From contig CAVVYR010000026.1 of NCBI GenBank assembly GCA_963752475.1, forward strand, positions 1-64,000: a DNA stretch of 64,000 nt, read 5' to 3'. A program made the position numbers and the translations under genes. Of this stretch, positions 33,824-41,916 are shown piece after piece. The notes below the pieces were generated by a model that saw only the letters and a program-made list of their open reading frames with translations, did no database searches and was not told where the DNA came from. The stretch is from an uncultured Chloroflexia bacterium. GTDB lineage: Bacteria > Chloroflexota > Limnocylindria > Limnocylindrales > CSP1-4. Numbering within the stretch: the stretch's first letter is position 1; every line of letters begins with the position of its first letter.

Positions 33824-34606
33824 ATGGGTCTGCTGGAGGGCAAGCGAGCCCTGATCTTCGGCCTGGCCAACGATCATTCCATCGCCTGGGGCATCGCCCA
33901 GGCCTTCCATCGTGAGGGGGCCACCGTCGGCTTCGCCTCCATGGAGATGCTCATGGAGAAGCGCGTCAAGCCGCTGGCGGCAAAGCTCGACTCGCCTTTC
34001 GTGGAGGCCTGCGACGTGCAGAAGGACGAGGACATCGCGCGCGTCTTCGCCAGGTGGAAGGATCAGTTCGGCGAGCTCGACATCCTCATCCACGCGGTCG
34101 CCTTCGCCAACAAGGATGAGCTCAAGGGCGAGTTCATCGATACCTCGCGCGATGGCTTCCTGCTGGCCCAGGACATCTCGGCCTACTCGCTGGTGGCCCT
34201 CGCCCGTGAGGCTCGGCCGCTGCTGACCGAGAGCGGCACCATCCTCACGCTCTCCTACTACGGGGCCGAGAAGGCCGTTGCCAACTACAACGTCATGGGC
34301 GTGGCCAAGGCTTCCCTGGAGGCCTGCGTCCGCTACCTCGCGGTCGACCTGGGCAAGGACGGCATCCGCGTCAACGCCATCAGCGCCGGCCCCGTGCGTA
34401 CGCTCTCGGCTTCCGGTGTTTCCGGCTTCAAGAAGATGCACAAGCTGTTCGAGCAGATCAACCCCATGCGCCGCCCGCTCTCGATCGACGACCTGGGCAA
34501 CTCCGCGGTCTACCTCTGCTCCGACATGAGCCGCGGCACCACCGGCGAGATCCACTACGTGGACGGCGGCTACAACATCATCGGCGTGCCCGAGGTCATC
34601 GACTGA
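33824..34606 (+). CDS. fabI: Enoyl-ACP reductase
   Basis: GLANDHSIAWGIA, ISAYS, YNVMGVAK and NAISAGPVRT. Confidence 0.96.
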   Translation: MGLLEGKRALIFGLANDHSIAWGIAQAFHREGATVGFASMEMLMEKRVKPLAAKLDSPFVEACDVQKDEDIARVFARWKDQFGELDILIHAVAFANKDELKGEFIDTSRDGFLLAQDISAYSLVALAREARPLLTESGTILTLSYYGAEKAVANYNVMGVAKASLEACVRYLAVDLGKDGIRVNAISAGPVRTLSASGVSGFKKMHKLFEQINPMRRPLSIDDLGNSAVYLCSDMSRGTTGEIHYVDGGYNIIGVPEVID

Positions 34607-34613
34607 CCTTGTC

Positions 34614-35090
34614 GTGAGCCGGCTCCCCAGCCTCGGTCCTCGCGGTGAGGGCTGGGTCGTCCTCCAGTTCCTGCTGCTGCCGGCCGTCGCCTTCGCCGGA
34701 CTCTTCGATCCGTTCGCGGTCTCGCCGCCCCTGGGGATAGCCTCGCTGTTCGGACTCGGGCTCATGGGCGCTGGCGCGCTGCTGCTCGGCCGCGGGCTGC
34801 TTGACCTGGGCCGCAGCCTCACGCCGCTGCCCCACCCGCGGGACGGCGCGCAGCTGGTGGTCTCGGGGGTCTACGCCCTCGCGCGGCATCCCATCTACGG
34901 CGGGCTCATCCTGACCGCCTTCGGCTGGAGCCTCGCTTCGGCCAGCCCGCTGACGGCGGCGCTGACGGCGCTGCTCGCGGTCTTCTTCTGGTTCAAGTCT
35001 GCGCGCGAGGAGGCCTGGCTACGCCAACGCTACGCCGGCTACGAAGCGTACGCGGGCAGGACCAGGCGCTTCGTGCCCTACCTCGTCTAG
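34614..35090 (+). CDS. Isoprenylcysteine carboxylmethyltransferase/PEMT-like membrane protein
   Basis: LVVSGVYALARHPIYGG and EEAWL..RY..Y..Y..RTRRFVP. Confidence 0.9.
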   Translation: MSRLPSLGPRGEGWVVLQFLLLPAVAFAGLFDPFAVSPPLGIASLFGLGLMGAGALLLGRGLLDLGRSLTPLPHPRDGAQLVVSGVYALARHPIYGGLILTAFGWSLASASPLTAALTALLAVFFWFKSAREEAWLRQRYAGYEAYAGRTRRFVPYLV

Positions 35091-35094
35091 ACAG

Positions 35095-35382
35095 GAAGAA
35101 ACCCGGTGGCGAGGTCGGGAGGAGGGGGCCGACCTTGCCACCGGGCAAAAGAGTTCGCGTCATCTGGTCCACCCCCATTTCGTGAGGGAGAGGGGTTCCT
35201 CACGACGTAGGGCCGTGCAGTGGAACGATGTCGCTATGGGGATATCTGACGCGAATCCTGCACCGGTTCGAACGGTCTGTGCACCCCACCTTGGTACGAC
35301 CGCCCCCCGTACCCGGGGACCATCCCGCGTGCGCAGTGGTGGGGTCTGGTGTGGTCGACCTCCGGGAGCGAGGCCGACCACA
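35095..35382. ncRNA. Candidate structured small RNA (three hairpins with GGGAG / CUCCC loops)
   Basis: Stems 35102-35118/35129-35145, 35180-35187/35198-35205 and 35350-35362/35370-35382; enclosing pairs 35154-35162/35247-35255 and 35173-35178/35236-35241; lies between convergent genes. Confidence 0.5.
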
Positions 35383-35432
35383 TGCGCCGATGGGTCGCGG
35401 GGCGTTCGTCTACGTCCCTGCGCGCGTGATCG

Positions 35433-35918
35433 CTACCAGCCGCGTGTGCCCGGGCCGCCCTTGAACGGGCCAGTCACGTCGGGTGTGATCCAGCCGCCGT
35501 AGAAATCGCCCGCCTGTGGCACGACTCGATGGTCGTCCACCCAGGCCTCGTCGACCGATCCCGGGTAGAAGGCGATGTGACCGGCGAGCGTCTCGAAGCC
35601 CCGCAGCGGCCGCGGATAGGTCCACGCTGCATCGCGGCGCACCCGCCCGCCGGCGTCGATCTCGAAGTAGCTGGCCTCACCCTTGAACTCACAGGCGGTG
35701 CGGCGCTTCGTCGGGCGCAGCAGGTCCATGCGCACGTCGTCGGGTGGCAGATACCAGGCCGGTGGATGGGAGGTCTCCAGCACTCGCAGCGCCCGCCGGG
35801 TGTCGGCGATGACGGTGCCGTCGACGACCACGCGGATGCGTCGCTCGGACGGCTCGACCCGTGGAGGTCGCGGGTAGTCCCAGACCGACTCGACCATCTG
35901 CTTCGGGGAGTCGCTCAC
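35433..35918 (-). CDS. DUF427 domain protein
   Basis: ESVWDYPRPP, LETSHPP, CEFKGEASY, AAWTYP and FYGGWIT; GTG overlaps the upstream TGA. Confidence 0.9.
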   Translation of the reverse strand: MSDSPKQMVESVWDYPRPPRVEPSERRIRVVVDGTVIADTRRALRVLETSHPPAWYLPPDDVRMDLLRPTKRRTACEFKGEASYFEIDAGGRVRRDAAWTYPRPLRGFETLAGHIAFYPGSVDEAWVDDHRVVPQAGDFYGGWITPDVTGPFKGGPGTRGW

Positions 35919-37171
35919 GAGGCGGCCTCCTCGTCCGCGAGCGAGAGCACGCCGTCGGTGGTCCAGATATCGGTGTGGGGCACGAAGGCGGCCCACGCGA
36001 ACCAGAAGTGATCGCCGTGACCGAGGGGTTCCAGCGTCGTGCCTGCGAGGGGACCGTCGACCGCGCGGCCGGTGATGTCCCAGGTGCTGCCGGTCTCGGC
36101 GTCGGTGATGGGCGCGTCCTCGTCATCGCCGCGCTCGAAGGTCAAGGTCTGGTCGTCGACGACCGCTGAGAAGACGCCCGTGGCACCGACGTCTCGGCCT
36201 TCGTCCACGTAGCTCCGGTCGAGCGCCGAGTTGGCACCCGGGGCCCAGAGTGCGACCGTGGGCTGGCCCTCGAACTCGAGGTTGACCGCGCCCACCCCGC
36301 GTAGCTCCGAGTAGGGGATCGATAGCGGTGCCTCGCTCGACTGCTCACCGAGTGCGACCACTCGCTCCTTGGGTGCGAGGCGGCCGTCGGTCACGCCGTC
36401 GAAGAGGAACGGCTGCTGATCGATGGTGTCGTAGCCGACGTACGGGTTGCGACCGTAGTCGCGGCGGTGGCCGGTGTCGCGGCTGAGCACGACGCCGTCG
36501 GGATAGGCCTCGGCGAACTGGTCGAAGCCGATGAGCTGGCTGGGCACGAACTCGAGCTTGGCGCCGGTGAGCTCACCGACGATGCCCTGGCCGGTGGCCT
36601 GCTGCCACCACGACTCGGTCTGGCGGTCGTACATGACCATGTCCGAGAGGCGCAGGTTGCCGCTCACGCCGAAGTCATGGAGCCTGCCGTCGAGCTCGCG
36701 CTCGAAGACGAGCGCGGTGTGACAGAGCGGGCAGAAGGTGACGATGACGGGCACGTCGCCGACGGTGTCGTTGACGATCTCGTGCCAGGTCAGCACGGCC
36801 AGCGGATAGGCCCGGGCGTCGCCGTCGATCTCGAGGGCGATGACCGGCCCCTGCTCGGTGACCCAGCTGCGTGCCTCCTCGATGGATTCGAACGTCGGCT
36901 CGTCGACGGCGGGGATGCCGTCCTTGCCCGGGCCGCCGGACATGATCTCGTCGAAGGGCACGGAGCTGATCTCGAAGTCGGTCGACCAGCCACCGGTGGG
37001 GAAGCGAGGTGTGCCGGGATCCTCGATCTGTCCAGGGCGCGTGGGCACGAACTCGCCCGCGGCGTCCTCCTGGGCGCTGACTGTGGGGGATGTGGTGGGG
37101 ATACTGGTGAGCGCCACCGCGGCGGCCAGCCCGAGAGCGGCGGCTGCGGCGCCGATGGCGATGCGGTTCAT
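35915..37171 (-). CDS. DUF3179 domain secreted protein
   Basis: SGGPGKDGIPA, WHEIVND, FCPLC, MYDRQTESWWQQ and HFWFAW; signal peptide. Confidence 0.9.
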   Translation of the reverse strand: MNRIAIGAAAAALGLAAAVALTSIPTTSPTVSAQEDAAGEFVPTRPGQIEDPGTPRFPTGGWSTDFEISSVPFDEIMSGGPGKDGIPAVDEPTFESIEEARSWVTEQGPVIALEIDGDARAYPLAVLTWHEIVNDTVGDVPVIVTFCPLCHTALVFERELDGRLHDFGVSGNLRLSDMVMYDRQTESWWQQATGQGIVGELTGAKLEFVPSQLIGFDQFAEAYPDGVVLSRDTGHRRDYGRNPYVGYDTIDQQPFLFDGVTDGRLAPKERVVALGEQSSEAPLSIPYSELRGVGAVNLEFEGQPTVALWAPGANSALDRSYVDEGRDVGATGVFSAVVDDQTLTFERGDDEDAPITDAETGSTWDITGRAVDGPLAGTTLEPLGHGDHFWFAWAAFVPHTDIWTTDGVLSLADEEAAS

Positions 37172-37274
37172 GCCCGCGACCGTATGCTTGAGATAGCGAC
37201 AGGAATGTGACACCGGCCACGTTCCACTTCGCGCTCGTCATCGTTCCGTCATCTGCCGCGAGGGGAGACCATCC

Positions 37275-38183
37275 ATGCCCAGGCCACTGAAGGTCGGCGT
37301 CCAGCTGCCGGAGGTCGAGTACGAACCACGCTGGAAGGACCTCGCCCAGATGGCTCGCGTGGCGGAGGATATCGGCCTCGACTCGGTGTGGGTGGGCGAT
37401 CACTACCTCTATCGCCATCCCGACGGCACGCGCGGGCCCTGGGAGGCCTGGACGCAGCTGGCGGCGATCGCCGCCGTGACCTCGCGCGTGGAGATCGGGC
37501 CGCTGGTGGCCTCCACCTCGTTCCACGAGCCGGGCGTGCTGGCCAAGATGGCCATGACCGTCGAGGAGATCAGCGGCGGGCGGCTGATCCTGGGTCTGGG
37601 TGCCGGCTGGAATGAGGCTGAATACCGCGCTTTCGGGTTCCCCTTCGACCACCGTGTCTCGCGCTTCGAGGAGGCCTTCACCGTCATCCGCACCCTGCTG
37701 CGCGAAGGGGCCATCGACTTCGAGGGCCAGTACTACACGCTGCGCGACTGCGAGCTGTTGCCGCGCGGGCCGCGGCCGGAGGGTCCGCCGCTGCTCATCG
37801 GTTCGAGTGGCCCGCGCATGCTGCGCATCACGATGCCCCACGTCGAGCAGTGGAACGCGTGGTACTGGTGGTTCAAGAACGACCCGGCGCAGGTGCCGGA
37901 GCTGCACGAGACGGTCGACGCCGCCTGCGCCGAGGTCGGCCGCGACCCGGGTACCGTCGAACGGACCGTCGCAGCCTACGTGGAGCTGCCGGGCTCGGAG
38001 GGGCTACGCGTGTTCGACCGCGACACCGCACCGCCGATCAGCGGCACGCCCGAGGAGATCGCCCGATCGCTGCGCGCGTTCGCTGATGTCGGCGTGAGCC
38101 ACGTCCAGCTCGTCATCGACCCCGTCACGCCAGCGGGTGTGGAGTCGCTGGCCCCGGTGCTGGAAGCCCTCGACGCCGGCTAG
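37275..38183 (+). CDS. LLM-class (luciferase-like) flavin/F420-dependent oxidoreductase
   Basis: DSVWVGDH, ISGGRLILGLGAGW..EY..FG and FEGQYY. Confidence 0.9.
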   Translation: MPRPLKVGVQLPEVEYEPRWKDLAQMARVAEDIGLDSVWVGDHYLYRHPDGTRGPWEAWTQLAAIAAVTSRVEIGPLVASTSFHEPGVLAKMAMTVEEISGGRLILGLGAGWNEAEYRAFGFPFDHRVSRFEEAFTVIRTLLREGAIDFEGQYYTLRDCELLPRGPRPEGPPLLIGSSGPRMLRITMPHVEQWNAWYWWFKNDPAQVPELHETVDAACAEVGRDPGTVERTVAAYVELPGSEGLRVFDRDTAPPISGTPEEIARSLRAFADVGVSHVQLVIDPVTPAGVESLAPVLEALDAG

Positions 38184-38570
38184 GCCTTCGCTGCAGCAGA
38201 TCCTCGGTCGGTCGGCTGGGTGGCCCATGACCGTGTAGTAGGCGAGGTTGGGCTGCTGGACGTCCATCCGGCCGATCTGGCAGATGATCGGCGCCGATGA
38301 CTCAAGCTCGAGCGCGTACTGGCCCAGCGGGATCTGGTAGCCGTCGATGGGGTCGCTGATGGTCAGGCAGCGAACCCGCCGGGCTCCCACCGTCTGCACC
38401 GGCAGCACGTCGGGCTCGCGGTCCTCGAAGTAGACCGTGATGGTCACCGCGGCATCCTCATCACCGGGGTTGAGCATGATCAGCGACTCGTGCCCGTAGG
38501 GCGGCCTGTCGCCCGGTGCGGGGATGTCGCCGTCAGGGAAGTACCAGGTGTGGGAACCGTTCGCACTCAT
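38004..38570 (-). CDS. Sensory rhodopsin transducer (ASRT)-family small beta-sandwich protein; native end probably about 38208
   Basis: WYFPDG.IP, HESLIMLN, VYFEDREP, VGARRVR and ESSAPII.Q..RMD; the C-terminal 68 aa look like read-through. Confidence 0.8.
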   Translation of the reverse strand: MSANGSHTWYFPDGDIPAPGDRPPYGHESLIMLNPGDEDAAVTITVYFEDREPDVLPVQTVGARRVRCLTISDPIDGYQIPLGQYALELESSAPIICQIGRMDVQQPNLAYYTVMGHPADRPRICCSEGLAGVEGFQHRGQRLHTRWRDGVDDELDVAHADISERAQRSGDLLGRAADRRCGVAVEHA

Positions 38571-39322
38571 GCGCTCGAGCTCGATCCCGTGAGGATGCGG
38601 CGCATGCGCTCGAGCACCATCTCCGCACCCTTGGCGCCGTACTCGCGGTTGGCCTCCCGCGCGCTCTCGAGATACCACTTCGACGTGTCGAGGTGGTCCA
38701 TGTCCACGGTCTCAGGCGCCAGCTCCATCATCAGCGAGGTCTCACCGATACCGGCGTGGTCGAACGAGTAGCGGCTGATGATCTCGTCATCCATCAGCGG
38801 GTAACCGCGGATCCAGGCGAAGGGGTCGGCCCCACGCTCGTGATCGGCGTAGTAATCGGCCATCTCGTTGCTGCCCCACCAGCCTTCGCCACGCTCGGCT
38901 TCGATGAACTCGAAGATCGCCGTTCGTGCCGCCGTGCGGAAGGCGAGATCGGTGGGCATGCCCTGGAAGAAGTTCTCCGACTGGTGGTGGATGAAGAAGT
39001 GCATGTTGCGGAAGCCCACCCGCAGCAGGCTGCGGAAGATGTCCTTGACCACCGGGATGAGGTGCTCGGCCTCGATCTGCAGGCTGCCCTTGAGCTCCGG
39101 CCCCTCGACCGCGTAGCTCGCCGGACCCCACCAGAACGTGGGCAGCAGGACAAGGTCCATCTCCTGCTCCAGTCGTTCGGCCGTGCGCACGACACAGAGC
39201 GTGTCCATGCCCACCGACATGTGCTGGCCGTGATACTCCAGCGGGCCCACCGGCCAGACCAGCGGCCAGTCCTCCCTGATGGCGGTGCGGATGTGGTGGG
39301 GCAGCATGTTCTCGTAGCGCAT
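38567..39322 (-). CDS. Creatininase family amidohydrolase
   Basis: PVGPLEYHGQHMSVGMD and DHAGIGETS; HHQSEN replaces the usual GHGGN. Confidence 0.88.
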   Translation of the reverse strand: MRYENMLPHHIRTAIREDWPLVWPVGPLEYHGQHMSVGMDTLCVVRTAERLEQEMDLVLLPTFWWGPASYAVEGPELKGSLQIEAEHLIPVVKDIFRSLLRVGFRNMHFFIHHQSENFFQGMPTDLAFRTAARTAIFEFIEAERGEGWWGSNEMADYYADHERGADPFAWIRGYPLMDDEIISRYSFDHAGIGETSLMMELAPETVDMDHLDTSKWYLESAREANREYGAKGAEMVLERMRRILTGSSSSA

Positions 39323-39331
39323 GACGTCTTC

Positions 39332-40504
39332 CTAGAGTTCGATCTCGATGAGATCCATGTAGCGGCCCTCGTTGAGCATCGCCGACGGGCCCGACTCGCT
39401 CACGAGGATGCCGTTCTCCCAGCGGCAACCGAAGTCGTCGTCATGGAAGAACGTGTCCGCCTGGAAGGTCATGCCCGGCTCGATGGTGTACTCGCTCGTA
39501 GCCTCCATCCAGGGCTTCTCGACCTCCATCAAGCCGAGTCCGGTACAGGGCCCGTAGAGGTAGTGGCGCATCATGCCCGCGTCGCGCACGAACTCCTCGT
39601 ACTTGATGGCTACCTCCTTGGCCACGATGCCTGCCTGCACCCACTCGTAGGTGCGGTAGTGCATGTCGCGGCAGAACTCGACGAGCTTCCGCTGCCGCTC
39701 GTTCATGGGTCCCAGGCAGATGGGCCGGCCGACCGAGGGCGAGTAGCCGTCCACCCTTCCACCGACGTCGATCTGGATGATCTCGCCGACCTTCAGCGGC
39801 GCATGGGTCGAGCGCGAGATGCCGTTGGTCGTCCGGCGGCCGGAGAACGAGTAGACCGTATGGGCCTCACCCTCAGCGCCGTTGGCGTAGAGCTCGGCGA
39901 CGGCGATCCCGGCCAGCTCCAGCTCGGTCATGCCCGGCTTGACGGCCTTGAGCATGGCCTCGAGCGCCAACTCGCCCAGGCGGAAGCCCTCGCGCAGACA
40001 GGCCAGCTCGGCTGGCGACTTGGACGCGCGCAGGGTGGCCGTGAGCTCGTCGGCGTTGACGATCTCGGCGCTGGGGAAGGCCTCGCGCAGGCCCTCGTAC
40101 ATGGCCATGTTGGTGCACAGCCAGCCGGCTACGCCGATGCGCGCCGGATCGGTGACGCCGATCGACTCGAAGACCTCGCGATAGCCCACGCCGGCCACGC
40201 CCGGGTATTCCGGATCGGCCGTCTCTCGGTACTCCTTGAGCAGGTGGATGTTGTCGATCAGACCGCGTTCCTTCGCGAACTCGCCCGACTCCATGCCCAC
40301 CATCAGCGCGCTCTGCCCATCGGGTGCGATGGCCACGCCGCCCATCTCGAAGAGCGGCCAGTAGGCGCTGAAGTAGCGCACCACGGACGCGTCCGCCTCG
40401 GTGCCGTTACCCACGAGTACGTCGTACCCGGCTTCGGCCATGAGCGCGGCCGCCTTGGCTCGGCGCTCGGCGTATTCCTCGACGGGGATCATCGGTCGGT
40501 CCAT
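39332..40504 (-). CDS. M24 (Xaa-Pro peptidase/creatinase fold) protein with non-canonical metal site
   Basis: Creatinase_N-like start; LRASKSPAEL, VKPGMTELE, IQIDVG and RWENGILV. Confidence 0.82.
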   Translation of the reverse strand: MDRPMIPVEEYAERRAKAAALMAEAGYDVLVGNGTEADASVVRYFSAYWPLFEMGGVAIAPDGQSALMVGMESGEFAKERGLIDNIHLLKEYRETADPEYPGVAGVGYREVFESIGVTDPARIGVAGWLCTNMAMYEGLREAFPSAEIVNADELTATLRASKSPAELACLREGFRLGELALEAMLKAVKPGMTELELAGIAVAELYANGAEGEAHTVYSFSGRRTTNGISRSTHAPLKVGEIIQIDVGGRVDGYSPSVGRPICLGPMNERQRKLVEFCRDMHYRTYEWVQAGIVAKEVAIKYEEFVRDAGMMRHYLYGPCTGLGLMEVEKPWMEATSEYTIEPGMTFQADTFFHDDDFGCRWENGILVSESGPSAMLNEGRYMDLIEIEL

Positions 40505-40581
40505 GGTGGCTTCCCTCCTCGCTGCATCGGCCGCAGCAGGCTCACTGGAGTTGACGCGAACAGGGCTCCAGCATAGGTCGA

Positions 40582-40605
40582 ATTGCCGAACGGCAATCGT
40601 TTACA
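40582..40605. promoter_or_regulatory. Palindrome plus LacI-type operator upstream of the M24 operon
   Basis: ATTGCCG-AA-CGGCAAT (40582-40597) overlaps GGCAATCGTTTACA (40592-40605; reverse strand TGTAAACGATTGCC). Confidence 0.6.
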
Positions 40606-40646
40606 TCACACGCTGAGCCCGCCGCATCTCACCCCGCTGCCGGGTG

Positions 40647-41270
40647 TCAGGCGACGCGCTCGAAGAGGTAGGCGAACGGCGAGCGAGTGTAGGCCACGCC
40701 TCGGCCGGTGCGATGGAGGAGCTCGCGCGTGACCTCGGTCGGACGCTTGGGCACGAGGTACTCGTCGAGCCCGTCGGACTGGATCCTGGTGCGCCGGTCG
40801 CGTTGTTCCACAGCGGCCAGGAGCCGGAAGCGTTCGTCGATCGAGGCCATGGCTGCGTCGCCGTGGCTCGAGTTCACCAGCAGGTGTCCGCCGACCGCCA
40901 GGTAGCGGGCGCAGTGCTCCGAAACGAACCCGGCGTAGAGCGACACCAGCAGATCGACCGAGCGTTCGGGGATCGGCAGTGGCCCGGCGTAGTCGCCATG
41001 GATGAACTCGAACTCGGGCACGCCGGACGCTCCCAGCTCCGTCAGCAGCTCGGACACGCCCTCGCGATCGGCGAAGAAGCGCTTGGCACGTTGGTCCATG
41101 TCGACGTACGTCGCCTTCGGCCATACGACCGACGGCGTAACGTCGACGTAGGAGCCGGGATAGAGCACGTGCTCGGCGTCGACGGCCTCGGCCACCGCCT
41201 CGAACAGGGGGCGCCGATCCCCGACCAGGTCGAGCTGTCTGTCCCACAGCTTTAGCGTCCTATCGAGCAT
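40647..41270 (-). CDS. Class I SAM-methyltransferase-like protein
   Basis: VLYPGSYVD, YVDMD, VDLLVSLYAG and YLAVGGHLLVN; TACGAT 7 nt before ATG 41270. Confidence 0.7.
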   Translation of the reverse strand: MLDRTLKLWDRQLDLVGDRRPLFEAVAEAVDAEHVLYPGSYVDVTPSVVWPKATYVDMDQRAKRFFADREGVSELLTELGASGVPEFEFIHGDYAGPLPIPERSVDLLVSLYAGFVSEHCARYLAVGGHLLVNSSHGDAAMASIDERFRLLAAVEQRDRRTRIQSDGLDEYLVPKRPTEVTRELLHRTGRGVAYTRSPFAYLFERVA

Positions 41271-41308
41271 GCTCCTCATCGTAGCGACGGTGGCGAAGCC
41301 TGCTCGAT

Positions 41309-41337
41309 TTGACGCCGGAACCCCTCGAGCCTACCGT
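41309..41337 (+). promoter_or_regulatory. Sigma70-type promoter for the 41395 operon
   Basis: TTGACG-N17-TACCGT. Confidence 0.6.
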
Positions 41338-41394
41338 CGGAAGGCGTGAAGATCGAGCGCATCAACGCATGCGCAGCGGAGTCGAGGGGGCGCG

Positions 41395-41916
41395 ATGAAG
41401 GACCAGTTCCATCCTGTCCGCGACAACGAGCAGTGCGAGCAGATCATCGCCGGCACGTACCAGGGCGTGCTGTCGATGGCGCTCGCCGATGAGCCCTACG
41501 CGTTGCCGCTGAACCACGCCTTCATCGACGGCAGGTTCTACTTCCATTGTGCGGCCCAGGGCCGGAAGCTCGACGTCCTGGAGCAGAACCCGCAGGTGGT
41601 CTACGTCATCAACAAGTACTACGGTGACAGCGAGAAGCTGGCCAGGGCCATGAAGTGCCACGGCAACTGGGAGAGCGTCATCGCTCGCGGCCGGGCTCGC
41701 ATCGTCGCCGATGACGCCGAGCTCATCGACTGCATGAGGACCTACATGGCCTACTACGGGCACGCCGACTATCAGCACGGCGAGGACCTGCTGGGCCGAA
41801 CGAAGATCATCGTGGTCGACGTCGAAGGCATGACCGCGCGACGTGAGTACGACGACACGACGACGGACTACTGGACCTGGGAGCCGGTGGCAGCGGGGGA
41901 GGATGGACGAGCATGA
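41395..41916 (+). CDS. Pyridoxamine 5'-phosphate oxidase-like / NimA-like split-barrel flavoprotein
   Basis: GVLSM..DEPYALPLNH, YFHCA..GRKL...NPQV and WESVIARG. Confidence 0.85.
   Translation: MKDQFHPVRDNEQCEQIIAGTYQGVLSMALADEPYALPLNHAFIDGRFYFHCAAQGRKLDVLEQNPQVVYVINKYYGDSEKLARAMKCHGNWESVIARGRARIVADDAELIDCMRTYMAYYGHADYQHGEDLLGRTKIIVVDVEGMTARREYDDTTTDYWTWEPVAAGEDGRA

Noticed and set aside
38208-38570. Sensory rhodopsin photosystem
   Set aside because: No opsin or retinal genes in the window; ASRT homologs are widespread without rhodopsin.
38516-40576. Long antisense ORFs (686 aa here; also 1442-2641, 17027-18637, 27813-29570, 44579-46075, 56938-58623)
   Set aside because: Shadow frames of well-supported genes on the other strand, expected in high-GC DNA; no motifs.
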